The notes beneath the pieces are model-generated. The model was not told where the DNA came from, did not search any database, and was given only the letters and a program-made list of their open reading frames with translations. 49,092 bases of DNA. It comes from a virus. The stretch lies in the IMG/VR virus record IMGVR_UViG_3300045988_095634; one strand, given 5' to 3'. Both the position numbers and the translations under genes were made by a program. Positions 7,938-15,346 of the stretch are shown here, piece after piece (the first letter of the stretch is position 1; the number at the start of each line of letters is the position of its first letter).

Positions 7938-8353
7938 AAATTTTAGATAAAAAACGATACAGAGTCAGAAAGCTAACCCCAACGGAATACGGACGCCTGC
8001 AGGCGTTTCCTATGGAGCATTGGGAGCAGGTAGTCTCAGACTCTCAGGCTTATAAGCAATTCGGCAATGCAGTAACCACAACCGTTGCAACCGGCGTAGC
8101 TGAGTCGATAACGAACTTTTTGAGCCGCGTCGGAATATTAAAGGAGGACACCACAATGGAAGAAATGAACAAAGCAACCAGCGCTCAGGCGCAGACTGAA
8201 AACCCGGCCATAGCCCAGATAACTGCTATTTTGCAGCCTAAAAAGGAAAGACTCACAGAGCTCATGAACGAAGAAAGTCAGCTCAGAACAGAGGTTGAGG
8301 CTCTCGAGCTTGCTATTTCAACAATTCAGAACGGAGGGAAAGAAAATGCCTAA
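7913..8353 (+). CDS. DNA cytosine-5 methyltransferase, C-terminal portion (motifs IX-X)
   Basis: RVRKLTPTEYGRLQAFP and QFGNAV motifs. An in-frame internal RBS and ATG at 8156 could also express a 65-aa coiled-coil tail separately. Confidence 0.75.
   Translation: MRGGCRQVKILDKKRYRVRKLTPTEYGRLQAFPMEHWEQVVSDSQAYKQFGNAVTTTVATGVAESITNFLSRVGILKEDTTMEEMNKATSAQAQTENPAIAQITAILQPKKERLTELMNEESQLRTEVEALELAISTIQNGGKENA
7917..7924 (+). repeat. Poly-G (G8) tract inside the C5-methyltransferase
   Basis: tgcGGGGGGGGtg. A second frame 0 to frame 2 break at a G run. Confidence 0.95.
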
Positions 8354-8975
8354 GTTAATTCAGACAACCACAACAGAGACAGAAACAACATGGAAAGGAC
8401 TCGCTAACCTGATAAAAGGAGGCGGCGGCACATTAAAGATCGGCGACATTATCACAGAGAAAACCCTCGACGGTGAGGAAATGGATCTCGTAGTCGTTGA
8501 CATGGGCCCGGACTGGGCTCGCTTCGAGAGCAAGGACTGCCTGCCGGTGGAAGTAGCCTACAACCAGAACAACAGAAACACCGGCGGCTTCGCAGACTCA
8601 GACGTCAAGCGCTACTTAAACGAGGAAGTTTTCAATAATCTGCCAGAGGATCTTCGCAATGTGATCGCCGAGGTTGAGCGTAAGCAGGAAAACGGCGAGA
8701 GCTCACTCTGCCGCCTCTTTTTACCTACCGAGTCGGAGCTGTTCGGGGACTGCTGCTATTCAGAGGACGACACATACAACCAGATCGAATACTACAAAGA
8801 CCGCCGCAACCGTATCAAGTGCAACAGAAAAGGTGGATCACCTGATTGGCACTGGACCGCTTCTGTCAGGAGTGGCAACTCGACTTATTGCGTGTACGTC
8901 ACCAGCTACGGGCACTCCGGCCACTGGCACGCCGGCGGCGAGCTTTGCGTCCCGGTCTGCTTCGTAATTCAGTAA
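8346..8975 (+). CDS. DGR target protein 2: small non-structural protein with a C-type-lectin/DUF1566-like variable C-terminus
   Basis: GGAGGG ribosome binding site then ATG. The C-terminus WHWTASVRSGNSTYCVYVTSYGHSGHWHAGGELCVPVCFVIQ is paralogous to the tail-fibre C-terminus. Its last 111 bp match the TR with adenine-only mismatches. Confidence 0.85.
   Translation: MPKLIQTTTTETETTWKGLANLIKGGGGTLKIGDIITEKTLDGEEMDLVVVDMGPDWARFESKDCLPVEVAYNQNNRNTGGFADSDVKRYLNEEVFNNLPEDLRNVIAEVERKQENGESSLCRLFLPTESELFGDCCYSEDDTYNQIEYYKDRRNRIKCNRKGGSPDWHWTASVRSGNSTYCVYVTSYGHSGHWHAGGELCVPVCFVIQ
8853..8963 (+). repeat. DGR variable repeat 2 (VR2)
   Basis: 111 bp align without gaps to TR 39946-40056. All 15 mismatches are at TR adenines. 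Confidence 0.9.
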
Positions 8976-8985
8976 ATCATAAATC

Positions 8986-9005
8986 CCGCCGCCTTTGTGC
9001 GGCGG
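8986..9005 (+). other. GC-rich hairpin downstream of VR2 (candidate DGR target-recognition stem-loop)
   Basis: CCGCCGC-ctttgt-GCGGCGG, 23 nt after the VR2 end. No T-run follows. Confidence 0.5.
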
Positions 9006-9024
9006 CATAAGGAGGAGAAACCAC

Positions 9025-9828
9025 ATGCAAGAAGAACAGAAAGAAACCGCAGCGGGCTCCCCGGTTGCCTCATTCCAGACGCGGCGGGACAAACCGATCG
9101 AGGTAATGAGCCTGCAGGAGAAATTCATCGAACTGCGGCGCCAGATCCCGAGGATTGAAAAGGGCCAGCACAGCGAGGAGGTTCCCTATAAGTTTGCAAA
9201 GATTGACGACGTCTGGAGAGCTATCACTCCCACGATGAATGAGCTCGGCGTCAACTTCGACATTATTCAGGAGGAAAACGCCCAAATTAAAACCATGAAC
9301 ACGCAGCACGGCGGCCTTATGTTCCTTTATGAGTCCGATCTGACAATGCGCTGGACCAATGCAGACAACGAGGACGACACCGACGAGGCCCAGACTCATG
9401 CAATCGCATGGAACGACGATCCGGCCAAAGCTAAAGGCAGCGCGTGGACCTATGCTATAAAATATTATCTTTTTGAAAAATTCAGCATTGACATGGGCGA
9501 GACTGATCCAGACATGAAGGGCAAGCCAAGCGCTCAAACAGCCTCACAGCCGGTCAGAAATGCCGCAGGCAACCAACAGAGCCAACAAGGCAATAAAACC
9601 GCTCAGAGCGGTCAGAATGGAGCCGAGAAAAAGCTCACAGCGGCCCAGCTCGACAGAATGTACCGGAAAGCTCAGGACGCCGGGCTCTCCAAAGAGCAGA
9701 CAGACGGCAGGATCAATTATTTATACAGCAAGAAACCAGCCGACATGACTCGGGCAGAGTATGACGACATTTGCAAGCGCATGGACGACACAGCCAGAGA
9801 GCTGAGGAATGGAGGAAATAGACAGTGA
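9025..9828 (+). CDS. ERF-family single-strand annealing recombinase
   Basis: YKFAKIDDVWRAITPTMNELGV and KAKGSAWTYAIKYYLFEKF segments typical of ERF. GGAGGAG ribosome binding site. Sits next to ssb. Confidence 0.75.
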   Translation: MQEEQKETAAGSPVASFQTRRDKPIEVMSLQEKFIELRRQIPRIEKGQHSEEVPYKFAKIDDVWRAITPTMNELGVNFDIIQEENAQIKTMNTQHGGLMFLYESDLTMRWTNADNEDDTDEAQTHAIAWNDDPAKAKGSAWTYAIKYYLFEKFSIDMGETDPDMKGKPSAQTASQPVRNAAGNQQSQQGNKTAQSGQNGAEKKLTAAQLDRMYRKAQDAGLSKEQTDGRINYLYSKKPADMTRAEYDDICKRMDDTARELRNGGNRQ

Positions 9829-10247
9829 ACAAAGTCATTTTAATGGGGAGGCTCACCAGAGATCCCGAAGTACGATACACGCAAGGCAATGAGCCTATGG
9901 CGATAGCCCGCTACACTCTCGCCGTGGACCGCAGAGGCAGAAAAGACGGAGGCGAAGCAACTGCCGACTTTATCCAGTGCGTTGCCTTTAGAAATAACGC
10001 CGAATTTGCTGAGAAATACCTGAGACAAGGCACAAAGATCGCAATAACCGGCAGGATCCAGACGGGAAGCTACACCGACCGTGAGGGCCGCAAGGTATAC
10101 ACTACCGAGGTTGTTGTTGAGGAGGCCGAGTTTGCAGAAAGTAAGAACAAAAACAGCAACCAGCAGGAGCCTCCAACCGGTCCTGCAAGCGGCGACGGTT
10201 TTATGAATATACCGGAGGGCGCAGACGATCAACTCCCTTTTAATTGA
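9825..10247 (+). CDS. ssb: Single-stranded DNA-binding protein
   Basis: MNKVILMGRLTRDPEVRYT OB-fold N-terminus and an acidic DDQLPF C-terminal tip. Confidence 0.92.
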   Translation: MNKVILMGRLTRDPEVRYTQGNEPMAIARYTLAVDRRGRKDGGEATADFIQCVAFRNNAEFAEKYLRQGTKIAITGRIQTGSYTDREGRKVYTTEVVVEEAEFAESKNKNSNQQEPPTGPASGDGFMNIPEGADDQLPFN

Positions 10248-10270
10248 TTTTCGCCCTACCGGTCAACCGG

Positions 10271-10335
10271 TGGACGACCACCGGACGACCGACAAACGAC
10301 CAAAACAGAAAGACGCGCCAAGAAAAAGGACGACC
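10271..10335. repeat. GGACGACC iterons in the ssb-organizer intergenic region (candidate origin element)
   Basis: GGACGACC at 10272, 10283 and 10328. The 32-bp block 10272-10303 recurs with 3 mismatches at 10732-10763 inside the organizer gene. Confidence 0.45.
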
Positions 10336-10357
10336 AAAAAAGGAAGGAGGAAACGCC

Positions 10358-11209
10358 GTGGCATGGTTGAAAATTTATCAATCAATTAGACAGCATAGAA
10401 AAATTTTAGACGCAGCCGACGCTCTCGAAATAGCTCCACCCTACATGATCGGGCTCCTGACTTCGTTCTGGCTCTGGGCTCTCGATAATGCCCCGGACGG
10501 CAATATCTCGGAGATAAGCGCGCGGAATATAGCCCGCGCAGCACAGTGGGACGGAGACGCCGACGAACTGCTGCAAGCCTTTATTTCTGCGGGTTTGCTG
10601 GATCAGGGCGACGAGGATCCTGCTACTCTCACGATCCACGACTGGGAGGAATATGCAGGCACTCTGATCCAGCAGCGTGAAGCCGAAAAGGAACGCTCCA
10701 GACGCCGCCGAGCGGCTGCTAAAAAGATCGAAGGACGACCGCCGGACGACCAACAAACAACCGCTGGCAGAGTAGACAAGACTAGAGTAGATAAGACTAG
10801 AGATATAAAGGATCCTTTAAGTGCTCCTCCAGAGCACGAAGCAGCGGCACCTGCTAAATCAGATCCGACTCCGTATGTGAAAATCATGCAGTTATACAAC
10901 GAGATTTGCGTCAGCTTCTCGAAGATCCAGAAGATTGACGGAGCCAGACGCAAGGCGGTGGCCGCAAGATTTAAGACCTACCCAAATATTGAGACATTCG
11001 AGACACTATTCAGAAAAACCGAGGCGAGCAGCTTTATGAAAGGCGAAAACGATCGCAACTGGCGGGCTGACTTCGACTGGATAATGAAACCGACAAACAT
11101 GTGCAAAGTGCTGGAAGGCAAATATGACGACAAAGGAGGCCCGGACAATGGCAATGAACCACCAAGCGGATCACGCTATAAGCTCACCGGCTTCACAGCA
11201 GCCGAGTGA
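10358..11209 (+). CDS. Phage replisome organizer / DnaD-like replication initiation protein
   Basis: GTG after GGAAGGAGG. The N-terminal AWLKIYQSIRQHRKILD...FWLWALDNAPDG and C-terminal NWRADFDWIMKPTNMCKVLEGKY patterns are typical of phage replisome organizers. Confidence 0.65.
   Translation: MAWLKIYQSIRQHRKILDAADALEIAPPYMIGLLTSFWLWALDNAPDGNISEISARNIARAAQWDGDADELLQAFISAGLLDQGDEDPATLTIHDWEEYAGTLIQQREAEKERSRRRRAAAKKIEGRPPDDQQTTAGRVDKTRVDKTRDIKDPLSAPPEHEAAAPAKSDPTPYVKIMQLYNEICVSFSKIQKIDGARRKAVAARFKTYPNIETFETLFRKTEASSFMKGENDRNWRADFDWIMKPTNMCKVLEGKYDDKGGPDNGNEPPSGSRYKLTGFTAAE
10769..10810. repeat. 15-bp tandem repeat inside the organizer gene (about 2.5 copies)
   Basis: AGAGTAGACAAGACT, AGAGTAGATAAGACT, then a partial AGAGATATAAAG. 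Confidence 0.6.
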
Positions 11210-12053
11210 CGGCTGGTTTTACAGCAGCGAGGAAAGAGACTGGCCGGAACCACCACCGGAGCCGGTGCCGTGTGAATATTGCGGAAAGCTCCGGTATCAC
11301 AAAGGCAAAGAACTCAGCAACATGGGTGACCGGATCTTCTGGATCCCCACCGCTATTCCTTGCAACTGCCCGGGAGCGGTCGAGGCTAGAGAAAAAGAAC
11401 GGCTCGAACGGGAGCAGGAAGAAAAACGGAAAGCCGAGGACGAAATCAGACGCCGGGTGTCACGTCTCAGATGTGACTCAGGAATGAGGGGCCGCTTTTT
11501 AGAGCGAACCTTCAGCAACTACCTCACCCCGGACGAAAGAACGGCCAAAGCGAAAGAAACAGCCATACGATACGCCCAGAATTTTGACAATATGAGCCAG
11601 AAGAAAAACGGACTTTTCATACTGGGCGACATAGGCGTCGGAAAGACTCACCTCGCTGCTGCTATTGCCAACGACCTGATCCAGAGAGGCCGGCCGGTTA
11701 TTTGCATGACAATGATCGACATGCTGGCAAGGATCAAGGCTACATACGACAAGCGCGAAATCTCAGAGGGCGAGATCCTGAGAGTTTACGAAACGGTCCC
11801 GCTCCTCATTATCGACGACATGGGGAAAGAACCACCGACAGACTGGGGCGTCTCGAAGATCTACGCGATCATAAACGCCCGCTATGAAGGCTATAAGCCT
11901 ACGATTGTAACAAGCAACTACACAGACACCGAGCTGGAGAAACGCCTCACTCCTCAGAATGGGGACGACATGACAGCGAGGGCCACTGTGGACCGGCTGC
12001 GAGAAATGTGCGAGGCACTCGTCATGGAGGGCCAGAGCTGGCGCAGCAGATAA
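11148..12053 (+). CDS. DnaC/IstB-like AAA+ helicase loader
   Basis: Walker A GDIGVGKTHLAAAI and Walker B LLIIDDMGKE. AAGGAGG ribosome binding site before the ATG at 11148. Confidence 0.85.
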   Translation: MAMNHQADHAISSPASQQPSDGWFYSSEERDWPEPPPEPVPCEYCGKLRYHKGKELSNMGDRIFWIPTAIPCNCPGAVEAREKERLEREQEEKRKAEDEIRRRVSRLRCDSGMRGRFLERTFSNYLTPDERTAKAKETAIRYAQNFDNMSQKKNGLFILGDIGVGKTHLAAAIANDLIQRGRPVICMTMIDMLARIKATYDKREISEGEILRVYETVPLLIIDDMGKEPPTDWGVSKIYAIINARYEGYKPTIVTSNYTDTELEKRLTPQNGDDMTARATVDRLREMCEALVMEGQSWRSR

Positions 12054-12064
12054 GGAGGCAGACA

Positions 12065-12628
12065 ATGAGTGCAACAAACAGAGGAAGCACCAGAAAACCG
12101 CACGACTTCTACCCTACACCGATCCCGACGATCGAGACATTTCTCGACGTTTTCCCTCTGAGGGGGGGGATCGAGGTGCTGGAACCGGGAGCAGGTAGCG
12201 GCAACATAATCAAGACACTACAAAAATACGGCGATTTTTCGATCGACGCGGTGGAGATCAGACCGGAGGAGGCACAACACTTGCAGGATCTCGGTGTCAA
12301 TGTGATTATTGACGACTTCCTGAGCATGGACCTCGGGAAAAAGTACGATCTTATCATCGGCAACCCGCCATTTAATCAGGCGATCGAATTTGTTGAGAAA
12401 AGTCTCGGGCTACTTAAACCGGGCGGCAGGCTCATTTTCCTGCTCCGCACCGCGTTCATGGAAAGCGACCAGCGTTTTGAGTTCTGGCAGCAGGAAGATC
12501 ACCAGCTCGCCGGACTCTACACCCTACATAAGCGCCCGAGCTTTACCGGACATGGAACAGACGCCACGAGCTACTCATGGTTCGTATGGCAGCCCGGCAG
12601 CAGTCGCCAGACAATAAAAATTATTTAA
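12065..12628 (+). CDS. N6-adenine DNA methyltransferase (NPPF type)
   Basis: FYPTP, SAM motif VLEPGAGSGN and catalytic IIGNPPF. AAGGAGG ribosome binding site before the ATG at 12065. Confidence 0.8.
   Translation: MSATNRGSTRKPHDFYPTPIPTIETFLDVFPLRGGIEVLEPGAGSGNIIKTLQKYGDFSIDAVEIRPEEAQHLQDLGVNVIIDDFLSMDLGKKYDLIIGNPPFNQAIEFVEKSLGLLKPGGRLIFLLRTAFMESDQRFEFWQQEDHQLAGLYTLHKRPSFTGHGTDATSYSWFVWQPGSSRQTIKII
12162..12169 (+). repeat. Poly-G (G8) tract near the 5' end of the NPPF methyltransferase (in frame as written)
   Basis: ctgaGGGGGGGGatc, encoding RGG just upstream of the SAM-binding motif. Confidence 0.95.
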
Positions 12629-12641
12629 GGGAGGGCACTGA

Positions 12642-13208
12642 ATGAAATTAGCCTATATTTGCTCACCGTGTCGCGGTGACTATGAGAAAAACATCATCAA
12701 GGCGCAGGAATACTGCCGCGAGGCAATGAATGACGGCCTGCTGCCACTCGCCCCTCATGTGTATTTTACGCAGTTTGTGGACGACACCAACCCAGAGGAA
12801 AGAAAGCCCGGCCTGCGCTGCGGGCTCCAGCTCCTCAGACATTGCCAGCTTATCAGAGTTTACGGCTGCAAGGTATCTGCAGGAATGTATGACGAGATCC
12901 AGCTCGCCGGAGTGCTCGACATTGAGATCCAAGTTTTCGGTCCGCCGGAATTTATCGAGAACGTGCTGGAGATCTACAATCATGCAGTAGTAACACAGCG
13001 CAGACCTCTGAGAAAACACGCCGTCTCTGCCGCTGCTGCATACGCCGATCAGCCTGCTGCCGCTCCACTACTCGCAGAGGCCGGCAAGAGTCTCAGAGAG
13101 GTTACTGCGGTTCATATCAACATAGATCCGACGGAGGCCTCAGAACTCGGCGAAATGATTGCGAACAGTCTGAAAAATGGCACCTCAATGTTGAGAGGGG
13201 GTGCGTGA
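12642..13208 (+). CDS. Hypothetical protein (possibly nucleoside 2-deoxyribosyltransferase-like / DUF4406-like)
   Basis: Good ribosome binding site. The N-terminal pattern YICSPCRG...LPLAPHVYF...SAGMYDEIQLA vaguely resembles that fold. The function is not secure. Confidence 0.55.
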   Translation: MKLAYICSPCRGDYEKNIIKAQEYCREAMNDGLLPLAPHVYFTQFVDDTNPEERKPGLRCGLQLLRHCQLIRVYGCKVSAGMYDEIQLAGVLDIEIQVFGPPEFIENVLEIYNHAVVTQRRPLRKHAVSAAAAYADQPAAAPLLAEAGKSLREVTAVHINIDPTEASELGEMIANSLKNGTSMLRGGA

Positions 13209-13209
13209 T

Positions 13210-13821
13210 ATGAGTAACGGACGAAATTCAGAGGGCTACCCGGATCCTACACCGTGCGAAGCTGAGAGAAATATCGAGTATGAGCGCAGGCAGCAGGGCC
13301 GCCGTGCAAAATACGCCGGGGAACGCTTCGAGAATATGATCTCCGCAGCGTGCAACTACTACCGCTCCCAGAATATTGCGGACATTGAGAAAACGCCGGA
13401 GCCTATGCGACCTCTGAAACCATACGGAGATCGCAGACGCGGCCAATATGTCGCGGTTTTCACCAAGAAAGCCCAGAACGACTACAAGGGAATACTCAAC
13501 GGCGGCCGGTGCATTGCCTTCGAGGCCAAACATACAGACGCCGACAAGATCGAAGCCTCTGCCGTGAGCGATCGGCAGGCTGAACTGCTGGAGAACTACG
13601 AGAAAATGGGCGCGAGCTGCTTCGTGCTCGTGAGCTTTAAGTTTGAGCAGTTCTACCGCATACCGTGGAGCGTCTGGCGAGATATGAAGGACATATACGG
13701 CCACAAACACTTGAAACGCAGCGAGATCCAAGACTATGAGATCGGCCTCAATCATCTGGGTACGCTGGAATTTTTGAAAAAGACAAAGGGAGGAACGCAC
13801 AATGCTGACACGCGCGCTTAA
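13210..13821 (+). CDS. recU: RecU-like Holliday junction resolvase
   Basis: GERFENMI...YY...IEKTPEP...DYKGILNGGRCIAFEAKHT...SDRQAELLENYEKMGASCFVLVSF follows the RecU motif order. Confidence 0.75.
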   Translation: MSNGRNSEGYPDPTPCEAERNIEYERRQQGRRAKYAGERFENMISAACNYYRSQNIADIEKTPEPMRPLKPYGDRRRGQYVAVFTKKAQNDYKGILNGGRCIAFEAKHTDADKIEASAVSDRQAELLENYEKMGASCFVLVSFKFEQFYRIPWSVWRDMKDIYGHKHLKRSEIQDYEIGLNHLGTLEFLKKTKGGTHNADTRA

Positions 13822-14059
13822 TGATTTGAAAAACCCAAAGAGCAAAACCGGATCGCTCCAGATTATTGCAACATTCACCGGGACAACCGGATCAATGGGA
13901 TTTATCACCGGCCAGCGTTACGAACTGATCGTGAGATATATCCGCAGCCGCGGACGCTTCGAGGTGAAAACCAGAGACGGCCAGCTCTTTTGCCCTTATC
14001 AGAGCACGGAGGCCTTCGCGAAGAATTGGAGCGCCTCAGCTATCCAGAAAGGAGCCTAG
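13802..14059 (+). CDS. Hypothetical protein
   Basis: ORF with an AGGGAGG ribosome binding site, tightly packed in the early operon. Confidence 0.6.
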   Translation: MLTRALNDLKNPKSKTGSLQIIATFTGTTGSMGFITGQRYELIVRYIRSRGRFEVKTRDGQLFCPYQSTEAFAKNWSASAIQKGA

Positions 14060-14425
14060 ATGATCGAGAACTACACCAGACTATCTTCGAGAATGTTCAC
14101 GGCAACGGTGGTCGGAAAGGATAAGAACGGGAGAAAAATCACAGAAGGCAGGGAAACGTACAAAACGCCCAGCGGAGTATATGAGATCAAGGACTGGGCT
14201 CGGCTCGTTGAAAAAGCAGCCGAAGCCGACGGCCTGCTCCCGCTGCTGGAGCAAATAAAACGGCATGTGAAAGAATACGCATGGATGAAAAACGCCAGCG
14301 ACATAAATGTGCTGATTTTAGCGGCTGAGTGTCTGACCGGGCACGCCTATGAGCACTGGGAAGGCTTTGTTATTCCAATGAATACGCAAGCAGACGAAAC
14401 GGGACAACTAACATTTTGCTTTTAG
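14060..14425 (+). CDS. Hypothetical protein
   Basis: ORF with an AAAGGAG ribosome binding site. Its start abuts the upstream stop. Confidence 0.6.
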   Translation: MIENYTRLSSRMFTATVVGKDKNGRKITEGRETYKTPSGVYEIKDWARLVEKAAEADGLLPLLEQIKRHVKEYAWMKNASDINVLILAAECLTGHAYEHWEGFVIPMNTQADETGQLTFCF

Positions 14426-14437
14426 AAAGGAGCCTAA

Positions 14438-14869
14438 ATGAAAGCAATAACAATATGGCAGCCGTGGGCCGAATTTATAGCCGCCGGCGTAAAACATAAC
14501 GAGACAAGAAGCTGGGCCACAAAATACAGAGGGCCGATTGCGATCCATGCAGCAGTCAAACCAATACGCCAAGTCGTACCGCTTCTGTCAGAGAAAGCCT
14601 TCGGACTCATGGTTGAGAAGCTGGAAAAAGCAAGCACGGCAAACGGTGAGCTCCTGACATATTTCAATTACGGAGAAGTAATTGCAACGGCTGAGCTTGT
14701 GGCGTGCCACCTCATAACAGAAGAATATCTCTCTACTCTACCGGACACCGAAAAGGCTCTCGGAGATTATTCTCTCGGCCGTTACGCATGGGAGCTGAGA
14801 AACGTCAAAGAACTGCCGGAGCCCATAAAAGCAAAAGGCCAGCAGGGGCTCTGGAGCTGGGAGGCATAA
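14438..14869 (+). CDS. ASCH-domain protein
   Basis: N-terminal KAITIWQPWAEFIAAGVKHNETRSW pattern typical of ASCH/PUA-like phage proteins. Confidence 0.7.
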   Translation: MKAITIWQPWAEFIAAGVKHNETRSWATKYRGPIAIHAAVKPIRQVVPLLSEKAFGLMVEKLEKASTANGELLTYFNYGEVIATAELVACHLITEEYLSTLPDTEKALGDYSLGRYAWELRNVKELPEPIKAKGQQGLWSWEA

Positions 14870-14870
14870 C

Positions 14871-15116
14871 ATGAACATAACAATAAAACCGTGGAAACCC
14901 GGAGACGGCGGGCTTATATGCCTTCCGCTCCGATCCAATATACCAGACGCAAGCAAGCACCCAGACTGGCGCCTCGTCACATGCCCGAGCTGCGGCCGGG
15001 AGTGCTGGGAGTCAGAGCTTGCGCGTCAAGTAAAGACAGCGGGAGCCGCTGGAGTTTGTACCGAGTGCGCTCTCAGAGCCGCAAACACACCGGGAGGAGG
15101 TGAAAAGAAGAAATGA
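14871..15116 (+). CDS. Hypothetical zinc-ribbon protein
   Basis: CPSCGRECW...CTECA motif. 81 aa. Confidence 0.5.
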   Translation: MNITIKPWKPGDGGLICLPLRSNIPDASKHPDWRLVTCPSCGRECWESELARQVKTAGAAGVCTECALRAANTPGGGEKKK

Positions 15117-15346
15117 CCGCAGCAGAAATCACACTCGGCGCCGTCGTGTGTGCGTTATGGGCCGTTTTCCTGATTTTGTCAGCAATCGGAACCGTAGTAA
15201 CCCACAAAGACGCCAAAAAGAAAGCCGCAGAGCTCCACATGGTAGCTTATGCGACCTATCAGCTCAGCCTTCGCATTGACGAGCTGAACAATTCCAAGAC
15301 CAAGAAGGAGGATCCAGAAAATGAAGAAAACAAGCGTACAGAGTAA
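15113..15346 (+). CDS. Hypothetical membrane protein
   Basis: N-terminal hydrophobic segment ITLGAVVCALWAVFLILSAIGTVV. ATGA overlap with the upstream gene. Confidence 0.55.
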   Translation: MTAAEITLGAVVCALWAVFLILSAIGTVVTHKDAKKKAAELHMVAYATYQLSLRIDELNNSKTKKEDPENEENKRTE

